Assembly (NCBI GenBank): GCA_963696385.1 | Contig: CAVOKF010000005.1 | Location: 64,001-128,000, forward strand | Direction of reading: 5' to 3' | Length of the DNA stretch: 64,000 bases | From: an uncultured delta proteobacterium | GTDB lineage: Bacteria; Myxococcota_A; Polyangia; Polyangiales; Polyangiaceae | Shown here: positions 41,440-51,088 of the stretch, piece after piece | How the letters are laid out: every line of letters starts with the position of its first letter | How positions within the stretch are numbered: the stretch's first letter is position 1 | Made by a program: the position numbers and the translations under genes | The notes under the pieces: model-generated | The model's database searches: none | The model's input: only the letters and a program-made list of their open reading frames with translations | Told to the model about the DNA's origin: nothing

Positions 41440-42897
41440 ATGGACCCGGGCAAGGCGGGCCAGGCTATCCGTGCGCGCGTGGAGCCGCTCGCGCCACTGA
41501 CGGTCGCCGATGCCGCCGCCAAAACGGGTCTTCCGCTGCGCGATGCCGAAAGCGGCCTCAAGTGGCTCTCAAAGGAGTATCGCGGGCAACTGCGCGTCAC
41601 GAGCGAAGGTCAGCTCGTGCACCGCTTCCCTTACGGTTTCGCCAAGCCGTGGGCTCGTGCGGATGAACGACGGCGCATCCTCGCGGCCATAGGTCGTGCC
41701 TTGCTCGGAGCCCTACGTTTCGTCGTCCGCGCCTGGGTTGCGGTCGTTCTGGTGGGGTACGCGGCATTCTTCGTCGCGCTCCTTCTGGGCATGACGTTCG
41801 CCCGTCAAGGAAACGATTCTCGCCGCAGCAACGACAGCCTTCCGGGCGGCATGATGGCGTATGCGCTGCTGCGCATCGTCGCCGACGCTCTCTTCTGGAC
41901 GTTTCACCCGTGGTCGCCGTTCGCGGGCCATGTCGGGTACGCCTCCGCTTGGAACGGGCGGTTCGAGCGCGACCGCGCCCCGCGGCGAGGCTCGCGGGGG
42001 CCGCGCGTTCCTTTGTACGAGCGGGTCAATCGGTTCTTCTTCGGCCCCAACCCCGCCCCCGAAGATCCCCTCGAGGACGAGCGCCGCTTGGTGACGGCAA
42101 TACGCGCCGGCAAAGGACGAATCGGGTTGGCCGACGTGATGCGAGTCACCGGTCTGCCGCGCGAGCTGGCAGATCCACTGATGGCTAAGCTGATGCTCGA
42201 CTACGATGGCGACGTCGCGGTGAGCGAAGAGGGCGGAATTGTTTACCGCTTTCCAGAAATGCGCAAGACCGCGTTGGAGACGCGCGAAGCCGAGCCCGCG
42301 CCCGCCTGGACGAGGGCTAAGCCTCTGGCGCCGCTAACGGGCAATTCATTGGGGGCCAACGCGGCCATCGTGGGCTTGAACGCGTTCAACTTGATGATGG
42401 GTTTCTGGGCTGTCGGCAATGGCCTGACGATAGAGCGTGTGGCTCACCTCTTCGACCGGGTGCCGTATCAAGTGGTGGATACCGGCGTCCCGATTGCGTT
42501 AGGCGTCGTGCCGATCGTTTTCTCGACGCTCTTGTTCGCAGTACCTCTGGCGCGTGCAATGGCTCGGCCGTGGCATAAGCACCGCGCCGCGGAAGAGAAG
42601 GCCCGACTGGCCCTGTTGCGGGTCGTGCTGGAGCGGGTTCGAGCGAAAGAACCAGTGACCGACAGTGCTGTGGCCGATGCGTGGCGAAGCGCCCGGGGTG
42701 AGGACGCCGACCCGAAGCGGCTCGACCGCGAGCTAGTCGCCCTGGGGGGCGACGTTGCCATCCAGCCCGATGGCAAGACGCGATGGCGTTTCGTAGACCT
42801 CGAGGCCGAGGCCGTGGCCGTCGCTGCGGAGAGGGAGGCTGCCGCCGATGAAGAGGCTCGCCTCGGGAAGGTGGTGTTCGCTACCGAAGACCCCTGA
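41440..42897 (+). CDS. Conserved hypothetical membrane protein with three repeated HTH-like modules (At5g03900-like, recalled)
   Basis: Repeats GQLRVTSEGQLVHRFP, GDVAVSEEGGIVYRFP, GDVAIQPDGKTRWRFV separated by TM pairs. Confidence 0.7.
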   Translation: MDPGKAGQAIRARVEPLAPLTVADAAAKTGLPLRDAESGLKWLSKEYRGQLRVTSEGQLVHRFPYGFAKPWARADERRRILAAIGRALLGALRFVVRAWVAVVLVGYAAFFVALLLGMTFARQGNDSRRSNDSLPGGMMAYALLRIVADALFWTFHPWSPFAGHVGYASAWNGRFERDRAPRRGSRGPRVPLYERVNRFFFGPNPAPEDPLEDERRLVTAIRAGKGRIGLADVMRVTGLPRELADPLMAKLMLDYDGDVAVSEEGGIVYRFPEMRKTALETREAEPAPAWTRAKPLAPLTGNSLGANAAIVGLNAFNLMMGFWAVGNGLTIERVAHLFDRVPYQVVDTGVPIALGVVPIVFSTLLFAVPLARAMARPWHKHRAAEEKARLALLRVVLERVRAKEPVTDSAVADAWRSARGEDADPKRLDRELVALGGDVAIQPDGKTRWRFVDLEAEAVAVAAEREAAADEEARLGKVVFATEDP

Positions 42898-42975
42898 CGC
42901 CGTTCCGACGCACGGGCGTAACCTCCGTCATTACGTCGGGAATCGTTGTGCGGAGACACTGTTATTAAGGAAACC

Positions 42976-44439
42976 ATGCCCTTCGCAAAACTCATCCCTA
43001 TCGCCACCATCCTGCTCCTCTTCGACACTGGCTGCCAGCACTCCGCTTCCGCCGCCTCACCGCCGGATACGGCGCAACCGATCCCCGCTCCTTTCACGGC
43101 GGCTCCGGTCCTTCCGGGAACGCCCGATGTGGCGACTCTCGTCGCCCGAGTGCGGCCATCCGTGGTCAACATCACGACCGTGCAACAAGTGCGAAAGCCC
43201 CAGATCGCTTTTGGTTTTCCTGACTTCGGCGGGTTTCCCTTCTTCGATCAAGGGCGGCAAGGACCCGCGCCCCCGCATCCCTTCGGCGGAGGCGACGAAG
43301 TCATGAGGCAGCAAGCCTTGGGCTCGGGGTTTCTCATCGATTCACAGGGCCATGTTGTCACGAATGCACACGTGGTGGACGACGCCGACACCGTGAAGGT
43401 CAAGCTGGCCGATGATCGAGAGTTTCGTGCGAAGGTTGTCGGTAAGGACGATCGGCTGGATGTTGCCGTTTTGCAGGTCGACCGCGCGCCGAGCGATTTG
43501 CCCCTCGCTTCGCTCGGGCAAAGCGACGCGACGCGGGTGGGGGAATACGTCGTCGCGATCGGAAACCCGTTCGGCCTCGGGAACACCGTTACCATGGGGA
43601 TCGTCAGCGCTAAGGGCCGGTCGATCGGCGCCGGTCCTTACGATGATTTCATCCAGACCGACGCCAGCATCAATCCCGGCAACAGCGGCGGACCGCTATT
43701 CAATCTGCGCGGCCAGGTCGTGGGAATCAACACGGCGATCAATCCTCAGGGTAAAGGGATTGGCTTCGCGATTCCAATCGACGCCGTGCGAGACATTTTG
43801 CCCCAGCTCATCTCAACGGGCCACGTCTCACGTGGCCGAATCGGAGTCGTGATTCAATCGATGGACGAGGATCTCGCCAAGGCTCTCGGCCTCGAACGAC
43901 CCCACGGCGCCATTGTGGAAGACCTGGAGCCGGGTAGTCCGGGGGAAAAATCGGGCATCAAAGAAGGCGACGTCATCCTCGCGGTCGACGGTCAGGATAT
44001 CCCCCGCTCCGAGGATCTGCCGCGACTCATCGCGCGACATCCCCCCGGCACCCATGTGCGTCTGACCGTCCTGCACGATAAGCAGCGGCGCGATCTGGAC
44101 GTTGTGCTCGCGGCACTCAAAGACGATGGCGAACACGGTTCTCCCTCTTCGCCGGGATCAAACGCGACTCCCGGTCAGCCGTCGGGGCTGGGCCTCGGTC
44201 TTGCTGAGGCCAACGGTAGGGTGGTCGTCGAGAGCGTGGTCCCCGACAGTCCCGCCGACGGCAAGGTCCGTCCCGGAGACGTTATCGTTGAGATCAATCA
44301 CCAGCCGATCACCGGCGCGGCCGACCTCGCGTCGAAAGTCCGCGCGACCCCCGTCGACAACCCCGTTCTGTTAAGGGTGAGGCGAGGCGATCAGTCGAGG
44401 TACGTGGCCATCGACCGCAGCAGCTCGATGCAAAAGTGA
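42976..44439 (+). CDS. Do/DegP (HtrA) serine endoprotease with two PDZ domains, possible lipoprotein
   Basis: TNAHVV, DVAVL, IQTDASINPGNSGG; signal peptide ending DTGC. Confidence 0.95.
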   Translation: MPFAKLIPIATILLLFDTGCQHSASAASPPDTAQPIPAPFTAAPVLPGTPDVATLVARVRPSVVNITTVQQVRKPQIAFGFPDFGGFPFFDQGRQGPAPPHPFGGGDEVMRQQALGSGFLIDSQGHVVTNAHVVDDADTVKVKLADDREFRAKVVGKDDRLDVAVLQVDRAPSDLPLASLGQSDATRVGEYVVAIGNPFGLGNTVTMGIVSAKGRSIGAGPYDDFIQTDASINPGNSGGPLFNLRGQVVGINTAINPQGKGIGFAIPIDAVRDILPQLISTGHVSRGRIGVVIQSMDEDLAKALGLERPHGAIVEDLEPGSPGEKSGIKEGDVILAVDGQDIPRSEDLPRLIARHPPGTHVRLTVLHDKQRRDLDVVLAALKDDGEHGSPSSPGSNATPGQPSGLGLGLAEANGRVVVESVVPDSPADGKVRPGDVIVEINHQPITGAADLASKVRATPVDNPVLLRVRRGDQSRYVAIDRSSSMQK

Positions 44440-44497
44440 CATGATGGGCCGCCCTACGGGCGAGGGCCGCGATGCTGCGCTTGGTGGAGGAGCCGCC

Positions 44498-45613
44498 TTG
44501 AACCGGAGCGAAGTCTCAGACGGTGTGGTGGTAGCGCGTGCCCCGCGGCCTTACACGCTCATAGCCGAACTCACATATCGATGCGCGTTGCACTGTCCAT
44601 ACTGCTCGAACCCAGTGGACCATGCGGCCCGGACGGCTGAGCTCGACACATCGCAGTGGCTGAGTGTGTTTTCCGGCGCCGAGGGGCTTGGGGTCGTCCA
44701 GTTGCACTTGACCGGCGGCGAACCGCTCGCGCGGCGCGACCTCGAAGCTCTCGTCGCCGGAGCGCGCGACTGCGGGCTTTACACGAATCTCATCACGAGC
44801 GGTGTCCCGCTCGCCCGTGAGCGCCTGGTATCGCTCAAGGCTGCGGGCCTCGATGCGGTTCAGCTCAGTCTTCAAGGGATAGACGCCGACAGCTGCAATC
44901 GGATCGCGGGGTACGATTGCTTCGATGCCAAGCTCATCGCCGCCAGATGGGTTGGCGAGCTCGGTCTGCCGCTTACTCTCAACGTCGTCTTGCACCGTGA
45001 CAACATCGATCAGATCGGGGAAGCGGTTGGCCTCGCGGAGCGCCTGGGGGCCCATCGGCTGGAACTCGCGAATACTCAATACCTGGGCTGGGGCCTCGCC
45101 AATCGTCGCGCTCTGCTGCCGACACGCGAACAGCTCGACCGCGGGCGAACGATCGCGCACGCCGCCAGGGTGCGGCTTGAAGGGCGCATGGAGGTTCTCT
45201 TCGTGATGCCCGACTACTATTCGGACCACCCGCGCGTGTGCATGGATGGGTGGGGACGACGCTTTATCGATGTAACCCCGGACGGCTTCGTGTTGCCGTG
45301 CCAGTCGGCGCGGTCGATTCCCGGGCTGACGTTCGCTCGCGTCGGTGACGGCAGTCTGCGCGACGCCTGGGAACATTCCCCGGGGATGCGTGCGTTCCGC
45401 GGCGACGAATGGATGCTGGAGCCCTGTCGCAGCTGCGCGAAGAGGTCTGTTGACTTCGGCGGTTGCCGGTGTCAAGCGTACCTGCTCACGGGCGATGCTG
45501 CAGCATCCGACCCCGCTTGCTCCCTGTCGCCGCACCACGCAACCGTTGTGCGAGCTCGCCTCGCAAGCGGCGGGTCGGCGCCTCGGCGCTTTCTCTACCG
45601 CGGTGCGCGATGA
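44498..45613 (+). CDS. pqqE: PQQ biosynthesis radical SAM/SPASM enzyme PqqE
   Basis: AELTYRCALHCPYCSNP, TGGEP, ELANTQY.GW, CMDGWG, DFGGCRCQAY, DPAC; GGAGG at 44486 before TTG (ATG at 44441 is an alternative). Confidence 0.95.
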   Translation: MNRSEVSDGVVVARAPRPYTLIAELTYRCALHCPYCSNPVDHAARTAELDTSQWLSVFSGAEGLGVVQLHLTGGEPLARRDLEALVAGARDCGLYTNLITSGVPLARERLVSLKAAGLDAVQLSLQGIDADSCNRIAGYDCFDAKLIAARWVGELGLPLTLNVVLHRDNIDQIGEAVGLAERLGAHRLELANTQYLGWGLANRRALLPTREQLDRGRTIAHAARVRLEGRMEVLFVMPDYYSDHPRVCMDGWGRRFIDVTPDGFVLPCQSARSIPGLTFARVGDGSLRDAWEHSPGMRAFRGDEWMLEPCRSCAKRSVDFGGCRCQAYLLTGDAAASDPACSLSPHHATVVRARLASGGSAPRRFLYRGAR

Positions 45614-45616
45614 GTT

Positions 45617-45895
45617 TCACCCGGGCTCGACGAGACCTCGTCGCAACATCTCGTTGAGGAATGCAACGACGTCACGGTGTACCGCAATTGCGTGTCCAGC
45701 TTGGTTCGAGGGGCGTCGCGCAACCGTAAGTTCCGCGACAATCTCATGGACCGATCGCGACCCATCGCAAAGTTTGAGGATGGCCGCCGCGGAATCGTTC
45801 AATGCGAGCCCGCGCTCTGGATAGAGCAGAAGGTATCGACCTTCGGTACGGTCCCATTTCAAGCGTGCCCTCGCGGCAAGACGAGGCGATTTCAA
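45617..45895 (-). CDS. pqqD: PqqD peptide chaperone
   Basis: RLKWDR...LLYPERGLALN.SA..IL.LCDG; TTGA overlap with pqqC. Confidence 0.92.
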   Translation of the reverse strand: MKSPRLAARARLKWDRTEGRYLLLYPERGLALNDSAAAILKLCDGSRSVHEIVAELTVARRPSNQAGHAIAVHRDVVAFLNEMLRRGLVEPG

Positions 45896-46590
45896 GATGG
45901 GTAGGCGGCCGCAACTGCGTCGAGTAACGCCCAGAGGATCTCGCATTTGGTCACGAACGCGCCGATACACTTCTGCCGGAGATCTTCTGTCTGTGCATTG
46001 GCAATGACGAATTCGATCGCTTCGGTTGCGTCTCCGCGGGCCTGCGTCACGCGAGCGCGAAAGTACTCTTGCACGGTCGGATCGATCCATGGGTAGTGTG
46101 TCTGCCATGCGGCCAGTCGGACGCTCATGATGTCCGGGGCGAAAAACTCCGTTAGCGATGACGCGACCGCTTCGACGAGAGAGCGTTCGCGCACGAGCTG
46201 TACGTACGCATCGCAAGCAAATCGGACCGGAGCAAGGACATGGGTGAGCTCCTCGACTTCCGTCGGCTCGAGACCGACTCCCCGGGCGAGTTTCAGCCAC
46301 AAGAACAGTCCCCCTTCGCCGGGGGCATGTCCGTCGTGGTCGCTGATCCGGTGGATCCATCGACGACGAAACTCGGAGTCTTCCGATTTAGTGAGAATAA
46401 TGGCATCCTTGATGGGTAGGCGCGTCTGGTAGTAGTATCGATTGAGAACCCAACCTTGGATCTGCGCTTTGGAGAGCTCTCCGCGGTGCATCTTCACGTG
46501 GAACGGGTGTAAATCGTGATAGTGGCGTCTGCCTTCGTCGCGCAGCCGCGCGATGAAAGCGGAGCGATCGAGAATTGATTCTTCGGTCAA
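45892..46590 (-). CDS. pqqC: PQQ synthase PqqC
   Basis: YHDLHPFH, WVLNRYYYQ..PIKDA, RISDHDG, FACDAY, SSLTEFFAP, KC.ILW. Confidence 0.96.
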   Translation of the reverse strand: MTEESILDRSAFIARLRDEGRRHYHDLHPFHVKMHRGELSKAQIQGWVLNRYYYQTRLPIKDAIILTKSEDSEFRRRWIHRISDHDGHAPGEGGLFLWLKLARGVGLEPTEVEELTHVLAPVRFACDAYVQLVRERSLVEAVASSLTEFFAPDIMSVRLAAWQTHYPWIDPTVQEYFRARVTQARGDATEAIEFVIANAQTEDLRQKCIGAFVTKCEILWALLDAVAAAYPS

Positions 46591-47486
46591 AGTGTTACCT
46601 CCATTCCGTCCACGGCAATTTCGCAGCCAGCCTCGAGGACGGCCCGATATTCGGGCGAGCCTTCGACCAAAATTGGATTGGAGTTGTTGATGTGGGTGTA
46701 AATCCTTCGTGTCGGGGCGGACGCCTTCAATAGAAGCAGGCTGCCGCCATTCCCCCCGATGGGAAGGTGGGCCATGTCCTCTGCGCGAGCGCTCGATAGG
46801 CCGAGCCGGATGAGCTCGTCGCTCGACCAAAACGTTCCGTCGAAGAAGACGCAATCGATTCCGGCCAGGGCCCCGATCCACTCCTCCGCGGACGAGGTCG
46901 CTCCGATATACGCTGCACGCTTCTCCGTCCGCTTGTCGCGCAGCCACAGTGACGCATTGTCTTCCGGTGACGGCTGGTAGATCCCCATCAAATGCACAGG
47001 CAGTTTCCCGGCGGCGGGCCGCGCCTCGATCGTCAGCCCCTCGTCGATCTCGACCTCACGATGAAACTCGAGCTCGCGCCACACGAGCTGGCCCGAGAAC
47101 CGGTGGAGAGTGCGGCATATCGCGTTATGCCGCTCGAGCCCTCGGCGTACGGCTGAGGTAGCGTAGACGGTCAGCGGCCACGATTCGCGAAGGGAAAAGA
47201 GTCCGAGCACGTGGTCCAAGTCCCCGTTGGACAGTACGATTGAGTGGATCGGCGAATCGCGCGCGCCACGCGGCTCGAGATCGGGGGTGCTTTCGATCTG
47301 TCGGAGGATGTCGGGCGACGCGTTAATCAAGTGCCAGCGACCGCGGCCAGCGGTAACGGCGAGACTGTCTTGAGTTCTCCGCCGAACGCGAGGGTCTCCG
47401 GCGCGGACTGCGCTGCAATTGGAACAACCGCAGTTCCACTGAGGAAACGCTCCGCCTGCAGCCGAGCCGAGAACTCGGATTCGCAC
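46587..47486 (-). CDS. pqqB: PqqB metallo-beta-lactamase-fold hydroxylase
   Basis: LGSAAGGAFPQWNCGCSNC, RTQDS, NASPD, DHVLGL, DGTFW, MAHL, HINNSNP. Confidence 0.96.
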   Translation of the reverse strand: MRIRVLGSAAGGAFPQWNCGCSNCSAVRAGDPRVRRRTQDSLAVTAGRGRWHLINASPDILRQIESTPDLEPRGARDSPIHSIVLSNGDLDHVLGLFSLRESWPLTVYATSAVRRGLERHNAICRTLHRFSGQLVWRELEFHREVEIDEGLTIEARPAAGKLPVHLMGIYQPSPEDNASLWLRDKRTEKRAAYIGATSSAEEWIGALAGIDCVFFDGTFWSSDELIRLGLSSARAEDMAHLPIGGNGGSLLLLKASAPTRRIYTHINNSNPILVEGSPEYRAVLEAGCEIAVDGMEVTL

Positions 47487-47680
47487 GAAATCGTGATAGC
47501 ACCGCCAGTTCAGGGCGGCTCGACGCGGTTCCGAGATCGCCGCCCGCAGCCGAGGCGACGCGTCGCGAACCGTCCGCCGGGCGGGGGCCAAAGTCGTCGC
47601 GACGCACCGAGTTCTCCGGATCGTCATCGAGTCGCCATGTCGTGCGGGTTTAGGTCGAGTATCCTCGTTTTGAAGGCGAA

Positions 47681-49063
47681 ATGACTGCCGTCGCAACCCC
47701 GCGAGCCAGTGACTGGTTGGCCGGCGCGCGAACGCGCACGCTTTTCGTTCTCTGGACGACATACGGCTCTTTCTATCTCTGCCGTACCAATTTCGGACCG
47801 GCCGTTCCGTCCATGCGTCACGACCTTGGTTTCACGGCGCTTCAGATTGGGTTTCTCCTTGGTGCGGTGAAGCTCGGCTACGCTCTCGGGCAGCTCGTCA
47901 ACGGGCAGCTCACCGAGCGATACGGTGCGCGACGCATCCTGGGCATCGGGATGGTGGGCTCGAGTGTCGCAACTCTTCTTTTGGCGGCTGCCCCGTCGTT
48001 GGTCGCGTCTCCGGGCCTGTCGGGGATCGCGTGCGCCTGGGTTGGCACCCTGGTCCGCGCGGCGGCGCGAACGTGCGGCCTTGCCGTAGCCTCCAACGGT
48101 CCGCTGCCCTTGATGCTGCTTCTCGCGTTTGCGAACGGCTGGTTCCAAGCAGGCGGGTGGGCGCCCTGCGTGAAGATCGCAGGGCACTGGTTTGCGGTGG
48201 ATCTGCGCGGCAGAACGATGGGTGTCCTCGGGACGAGCCTGACGCTCGGATCGGCTTTGTCGATCCTCGTCGTCGGCGCGCTGCTTCACTTCTCGGGCGG
48301 CGATTGGCACGTCGCGTTCGTCGTCCCGCCATTTCTGCTCCTTGCATCATGGCTGCACACGTGGCTTCGCCTGCGCGAGCGGCCCCCGGGCGACGGCGGT
48401 CTCTACGTGTCCGCCGCCGTCGATCGTCTGTCCATCTCCGGGGCGCTGCGGACGACCGTCGGCAACCCGCGCATATGGGTTTTGGCCGTTGCCCTCTTTG
48501 GGGTCGACGCCGTTCGCTACGGATTTCTCGACTGGGCACCGGGACATCTGGCCGAGATGCACGGGTCCAGCGTTTCGGCGGCCGCAATGAAGACCGCTGT
48601 TTTCCCGTTGGCTGGGGCTGTGGGCGCGCTTTCGTCGGGCTGGCTGACGGACCGTCTCTTCGGGTCTCGGCGGGCCCCCGTCTGTGCCCTCTTGCTCGGC
48701 GGGGTCGCCCTCCTGACCGTCGCGTATCGGACGATGGTCAGCTGGGGCGCGGTACCCACGATCGTGTGCCTTGGGCTCGCGGGATTCTGCGTGTACGGCG
48801 CGCAGATCCTCCTCGTGGGGACAGCGGCGCAGGACTTTGCGCGTCGCGGTGCCACTGCGGCTGCCGCGGGCTTCGTGGACTTTATGGGACACGTGGGGGC
48901 TTTCAGCGGCGACGTCGTCACGGCGTTTATGCTGAAGCGTCACGGTTGGGGCGGCGCTATTGCGTGGTGGGCGAGCGCGGCCTTTGCGGCCGCGCTGCTC
49001 GTTGCCACGCTCTGGCGCGCCCGGCCTAACGATTCGACGCTTCCGAACCCCGCCGAACGGTGA
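47681..49063 (+). CDS. MFS transporter, OPA (GlpT/UhpC-like) family
   Basis: Y..FYLCR.NF, NGWFQ..GW.PC, W....RG, RYG..DWAP, YG.Q, AAAGF. Confidence 0.88.
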   Translation: MTAVATPRASDWLAGARTRTLFVLWTTYGSFYLCRTNFGPAVPSMRHDLGFTALQIGFLLGAVKLGYALGQLVNGQLTERYGARRILGIGMVGSSVATLLLAAAPSLVASPGLSGIACAWVGTLVRAAARTCGLAVASNGPLPLMLLLAFANGWFQAGGWAPCVKIAGHWFAVDLRGRTMGVLGTSLTLGSALSILVVGALLHFSGGDWHVAFVVPPFLLLASWLHTWLRLRERPPGDGGLYVSAAVDRLSISGALRTTVGNPRIWVLAVALFGVDAVRYGFLDWAPGHLAEMHGSSVSAAAMKTAVFPLAGAVGALSSGWLTDRLFGSRRAPVCALLLGGVALLTVAYRTMVSWGAVPTIVCLGLAGFCVYGAQILLVGTAAQDFARRGATAAAAGFVDFMGHVGAFSGDVVTAFMLKRHGWGGAIAWWASAAFAAALLVATLWRARPNDSTLPNPAER

Positions 49064-49129
49064 CGACCAACCGCACTTCGTTCCGCATCTTGACCTCGAG
49101 CTGGCCCGCGCGTAGTGCGGCGGACATCC

Positions 49130-50074
49130 ATGCCCCGTGCAATCGTGGCTGCCATCGCTCTTGCAGCACTATGTCTTCTCGAACCATCGATGCTCGCCGC
49201 GGATGCTGGCATGAGCGCGCGGGGCGGCCGCGCGGTGGCGCGACTCGGAGCGACGCAGTCGATCACCGTCGCCGACTTGGAAGAGCGCATAGCGAGCATG
49301 CCGTTGTTTCAGCGGATGGCTTACGGCGTGACCCCGGACGCGATCCGCCGAAGCGTGCTGACGGAGGTTTTGATTCCGGATCGCCTCCTCGCCTTGGCGG
49401 CCGATGCCGAGCACGCCGAACGGGACCCCGAAGTGGCTTATGCCACCGAGCGGGCCCTGTCCGGAGCTACCGTTCGTGCGATCCGTGCGCAGGTGGGAGA
49501 TGCGTCCGCGATCGCGATGGAAGACGTTCGTACTTACTACGAAGCCCACCGTGCGAGGTATGAGTCGCCAGAGCGCTATCAAGTGTGGCGTATTCTGTGC
49601 AAAACGCGCCAGGACGCGGCGACCTTGCTCGAGGCCTTCAAAGGGAACCCGACGCCGAAGGCTTTCTCCGATATGGCGAGAGAGCACAGTGAAGACAAAG
49701 CGACATACTTGCGAGGGGGTAACCTGGGGTTCGTGGGCGAAGACGGGTCGTCAAGTTTTCCGGATTTTCGTATTGATCCGACTATTGTGCACGTCGCACA
49801 GACGGTGCGCGACGGCGAATTCGTTCCCTATCCGGTGGCGGAGGGTAGCTACTTCTCGATCGTGTGGCGGCGCGGCACGCTTGCGGCGGTTCATCGGGAC
49901 GTCGATCAGGCAGCCGGTGCCATCCGGGAGGTTCTGGCCGGGGAACGCGTCAAAGAGGCGACGGACCGGTTGCTTCGCACGCTCAGGTCTTTGAGGGTGC
50001 ACGACAGGAACGACTCGTTGCTGCAGACGGCTTACGTCGCTTCTACGCCTGAAGCCGAAGGCGGAGCGCGTTAA
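49130..50074 (+). CDS. Exported PpiC/parvulin-type peptidyl-prolyl isomerase
   Basis: Signal peptide; F..MAREHSED....RGGNLGF. Confidence 0.8.
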   Translation: MPRAIVAAIALAALCLLEPSMLAADAGMSARGGRAVARLGATQSITVADLEERIASMPLFQRMAYGVTPDAIRRSVLTEVLIPDRLLALAADAEHAERDPEVAYATERALSGATVRAIRAQVGDASAIAMEDVRTYYEAHRARYESPERYQVWRILCKTRQDAATLLEAFKGNPTPKAFSDMAREHSEDKATYLRGGNLGFVGEDGSSSFPDFRIDPTIVHVAQTVRDGEFVPYPVAEGSYFSIVWRRGTLAAVHRDVDQAAGAIREVLAGERVKEATDRLLRTLRSLRVHDRNDSLLQTAYVASTPEAEGGAR

Positions 50075-50080
50075 CTCGCG

Positions 50081-50794
50081 TCATCCGTTCGCTGAGGTGA
50101 GCTGTGCGAGTGCGGCGACCGCCGCTGCACGTTCGGCAAGGCGCTTGCTCCTCCCTTCGCCGCGGGCCACGGGGCGATCTCCTAGATAAACCTCCACCTC
50201 GAACACTTGCGCGTGCGGAGCGCCGCGCAGCTGGACGACGCGGTACGTCGGGGCCGGCAAACCGTCGGCTTGCACCCATTCCTGGAGAGCGCTTTTCGGG
50301 TCGGGCATCGCGAACGCCTCGGCCTTGTCGAAGCGATGGCTCACCACTTCTCGCACGAGAGCTCGTGCTCCGTTCAGCCCGCGCGCCTCGTAGACGGCCG
50401 CTACGATTGCCTCCACGGTGTCGGCGAGTACGTTGGTCTGCTCGCGCTCCAGGCCGAGCGTGGCGCCGCGGCCGAGAGCGATGCACTCGCCCAGGCCGAT
50501 TCGGCGGGCCCACTCGGCGAGAGCCTCGGCATTCACTAGGGCGGCGCGCATGCGCGTCAGCTTCCCCTCGTCCGCGCTACCGTGAGCGGCCACCAACATT
50601 TCGCTCACGCAAATGCCGAGGACGGCGTCGCCCAGGAACTCGAGGCGTTGGTTGTCCGGGGCCCCGCTTTCGTTGGCGAAGCTGGCATGAGTGAGGGCCT
50701 CGTCGAGTCGATCGATCTCGCCCGCTCCGATCACTGCTTCGATCCGCGCGGACAGCATGGCGCGCGATGCAGACAGTTGCTCCGGGTTGGTCAT
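50081..50794 (-). CDS. rnc: Ribonuclease III
   Basis: ALTHASF, NQRLEFLGDAVL, ADTVEA, dsRBD DPKSALQE..G.GRSK..AE. Confidence 0.97.
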   Translation of the reverse strand: MTNPEQLSASRAMLSARIEAVIGAGEIDRLDEALTHASFANESGAPDNQRLEFLGDAVLGICVSEMLVAAHGSADEGKLTRMRAALVNAEALAEWARRIGLGECIALGRGATLGLEREQTNVLADTVEAIVAAVYEARGLNGARALVREVVSHRFDKAEAFAMPDPKSALQEWVQADGLPAPTYRVVQLRGAPHAQVFEVEVYLGDRPVARGEGRSKRLAERAAAVAALAQLTSANG

Positions 50795-51088
50795 CTGCCT
50801 ATCGCGTCCGTGGCCTCAGCGGCATCCAAGTCGAGTTGCGTCACCCCGCCCGCGTCATGCGTCCATCAGACGACATGCGCACATCCCCACGCGAGCTCGA
50901 CCTCCGGACGGTGGTCGTGCTTGTCCGCTAGGCGCGCGATGCGGACCACGAAGGCAGCGGCTGCAGCGAAGTCCGGGAAGCCAAACAGCTTTCTTTCCAA
51001 TACCATGCGCACCGACCCACTCCCATCCCGGGGCGGAAGCAAACCAGCTGTCGCCCAGGGCCGGACCGAGTTTGCCCGAGCGAGGCAT
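50791..51088 (-). pseudogene. phhB: Pterin-4-alpha-carbinolamine dehydratase pseudogene
   Basis: MPRSGKL..PGWEW, frameshift at 50989-50996, then FPDF..A.FV..I..A...DHRPE..W..VV*WTHDAGGVTQLD; in-frame TGA at 50866-68; final TGA overlaps the rnc ATG. Confidence 0.85.

Noticed and set aside
46587..47762. Extended N-terminus of PqqB as a fused PqqA
   Set aside because: The upstream in-frame sequence has no ExxxY motif and looks non-coding.
50866..50868. TGA read as Trp or Sec (recoding)
   Set aside because: TGA terminates many genes in this window, and the same gene also carries a frameshift.
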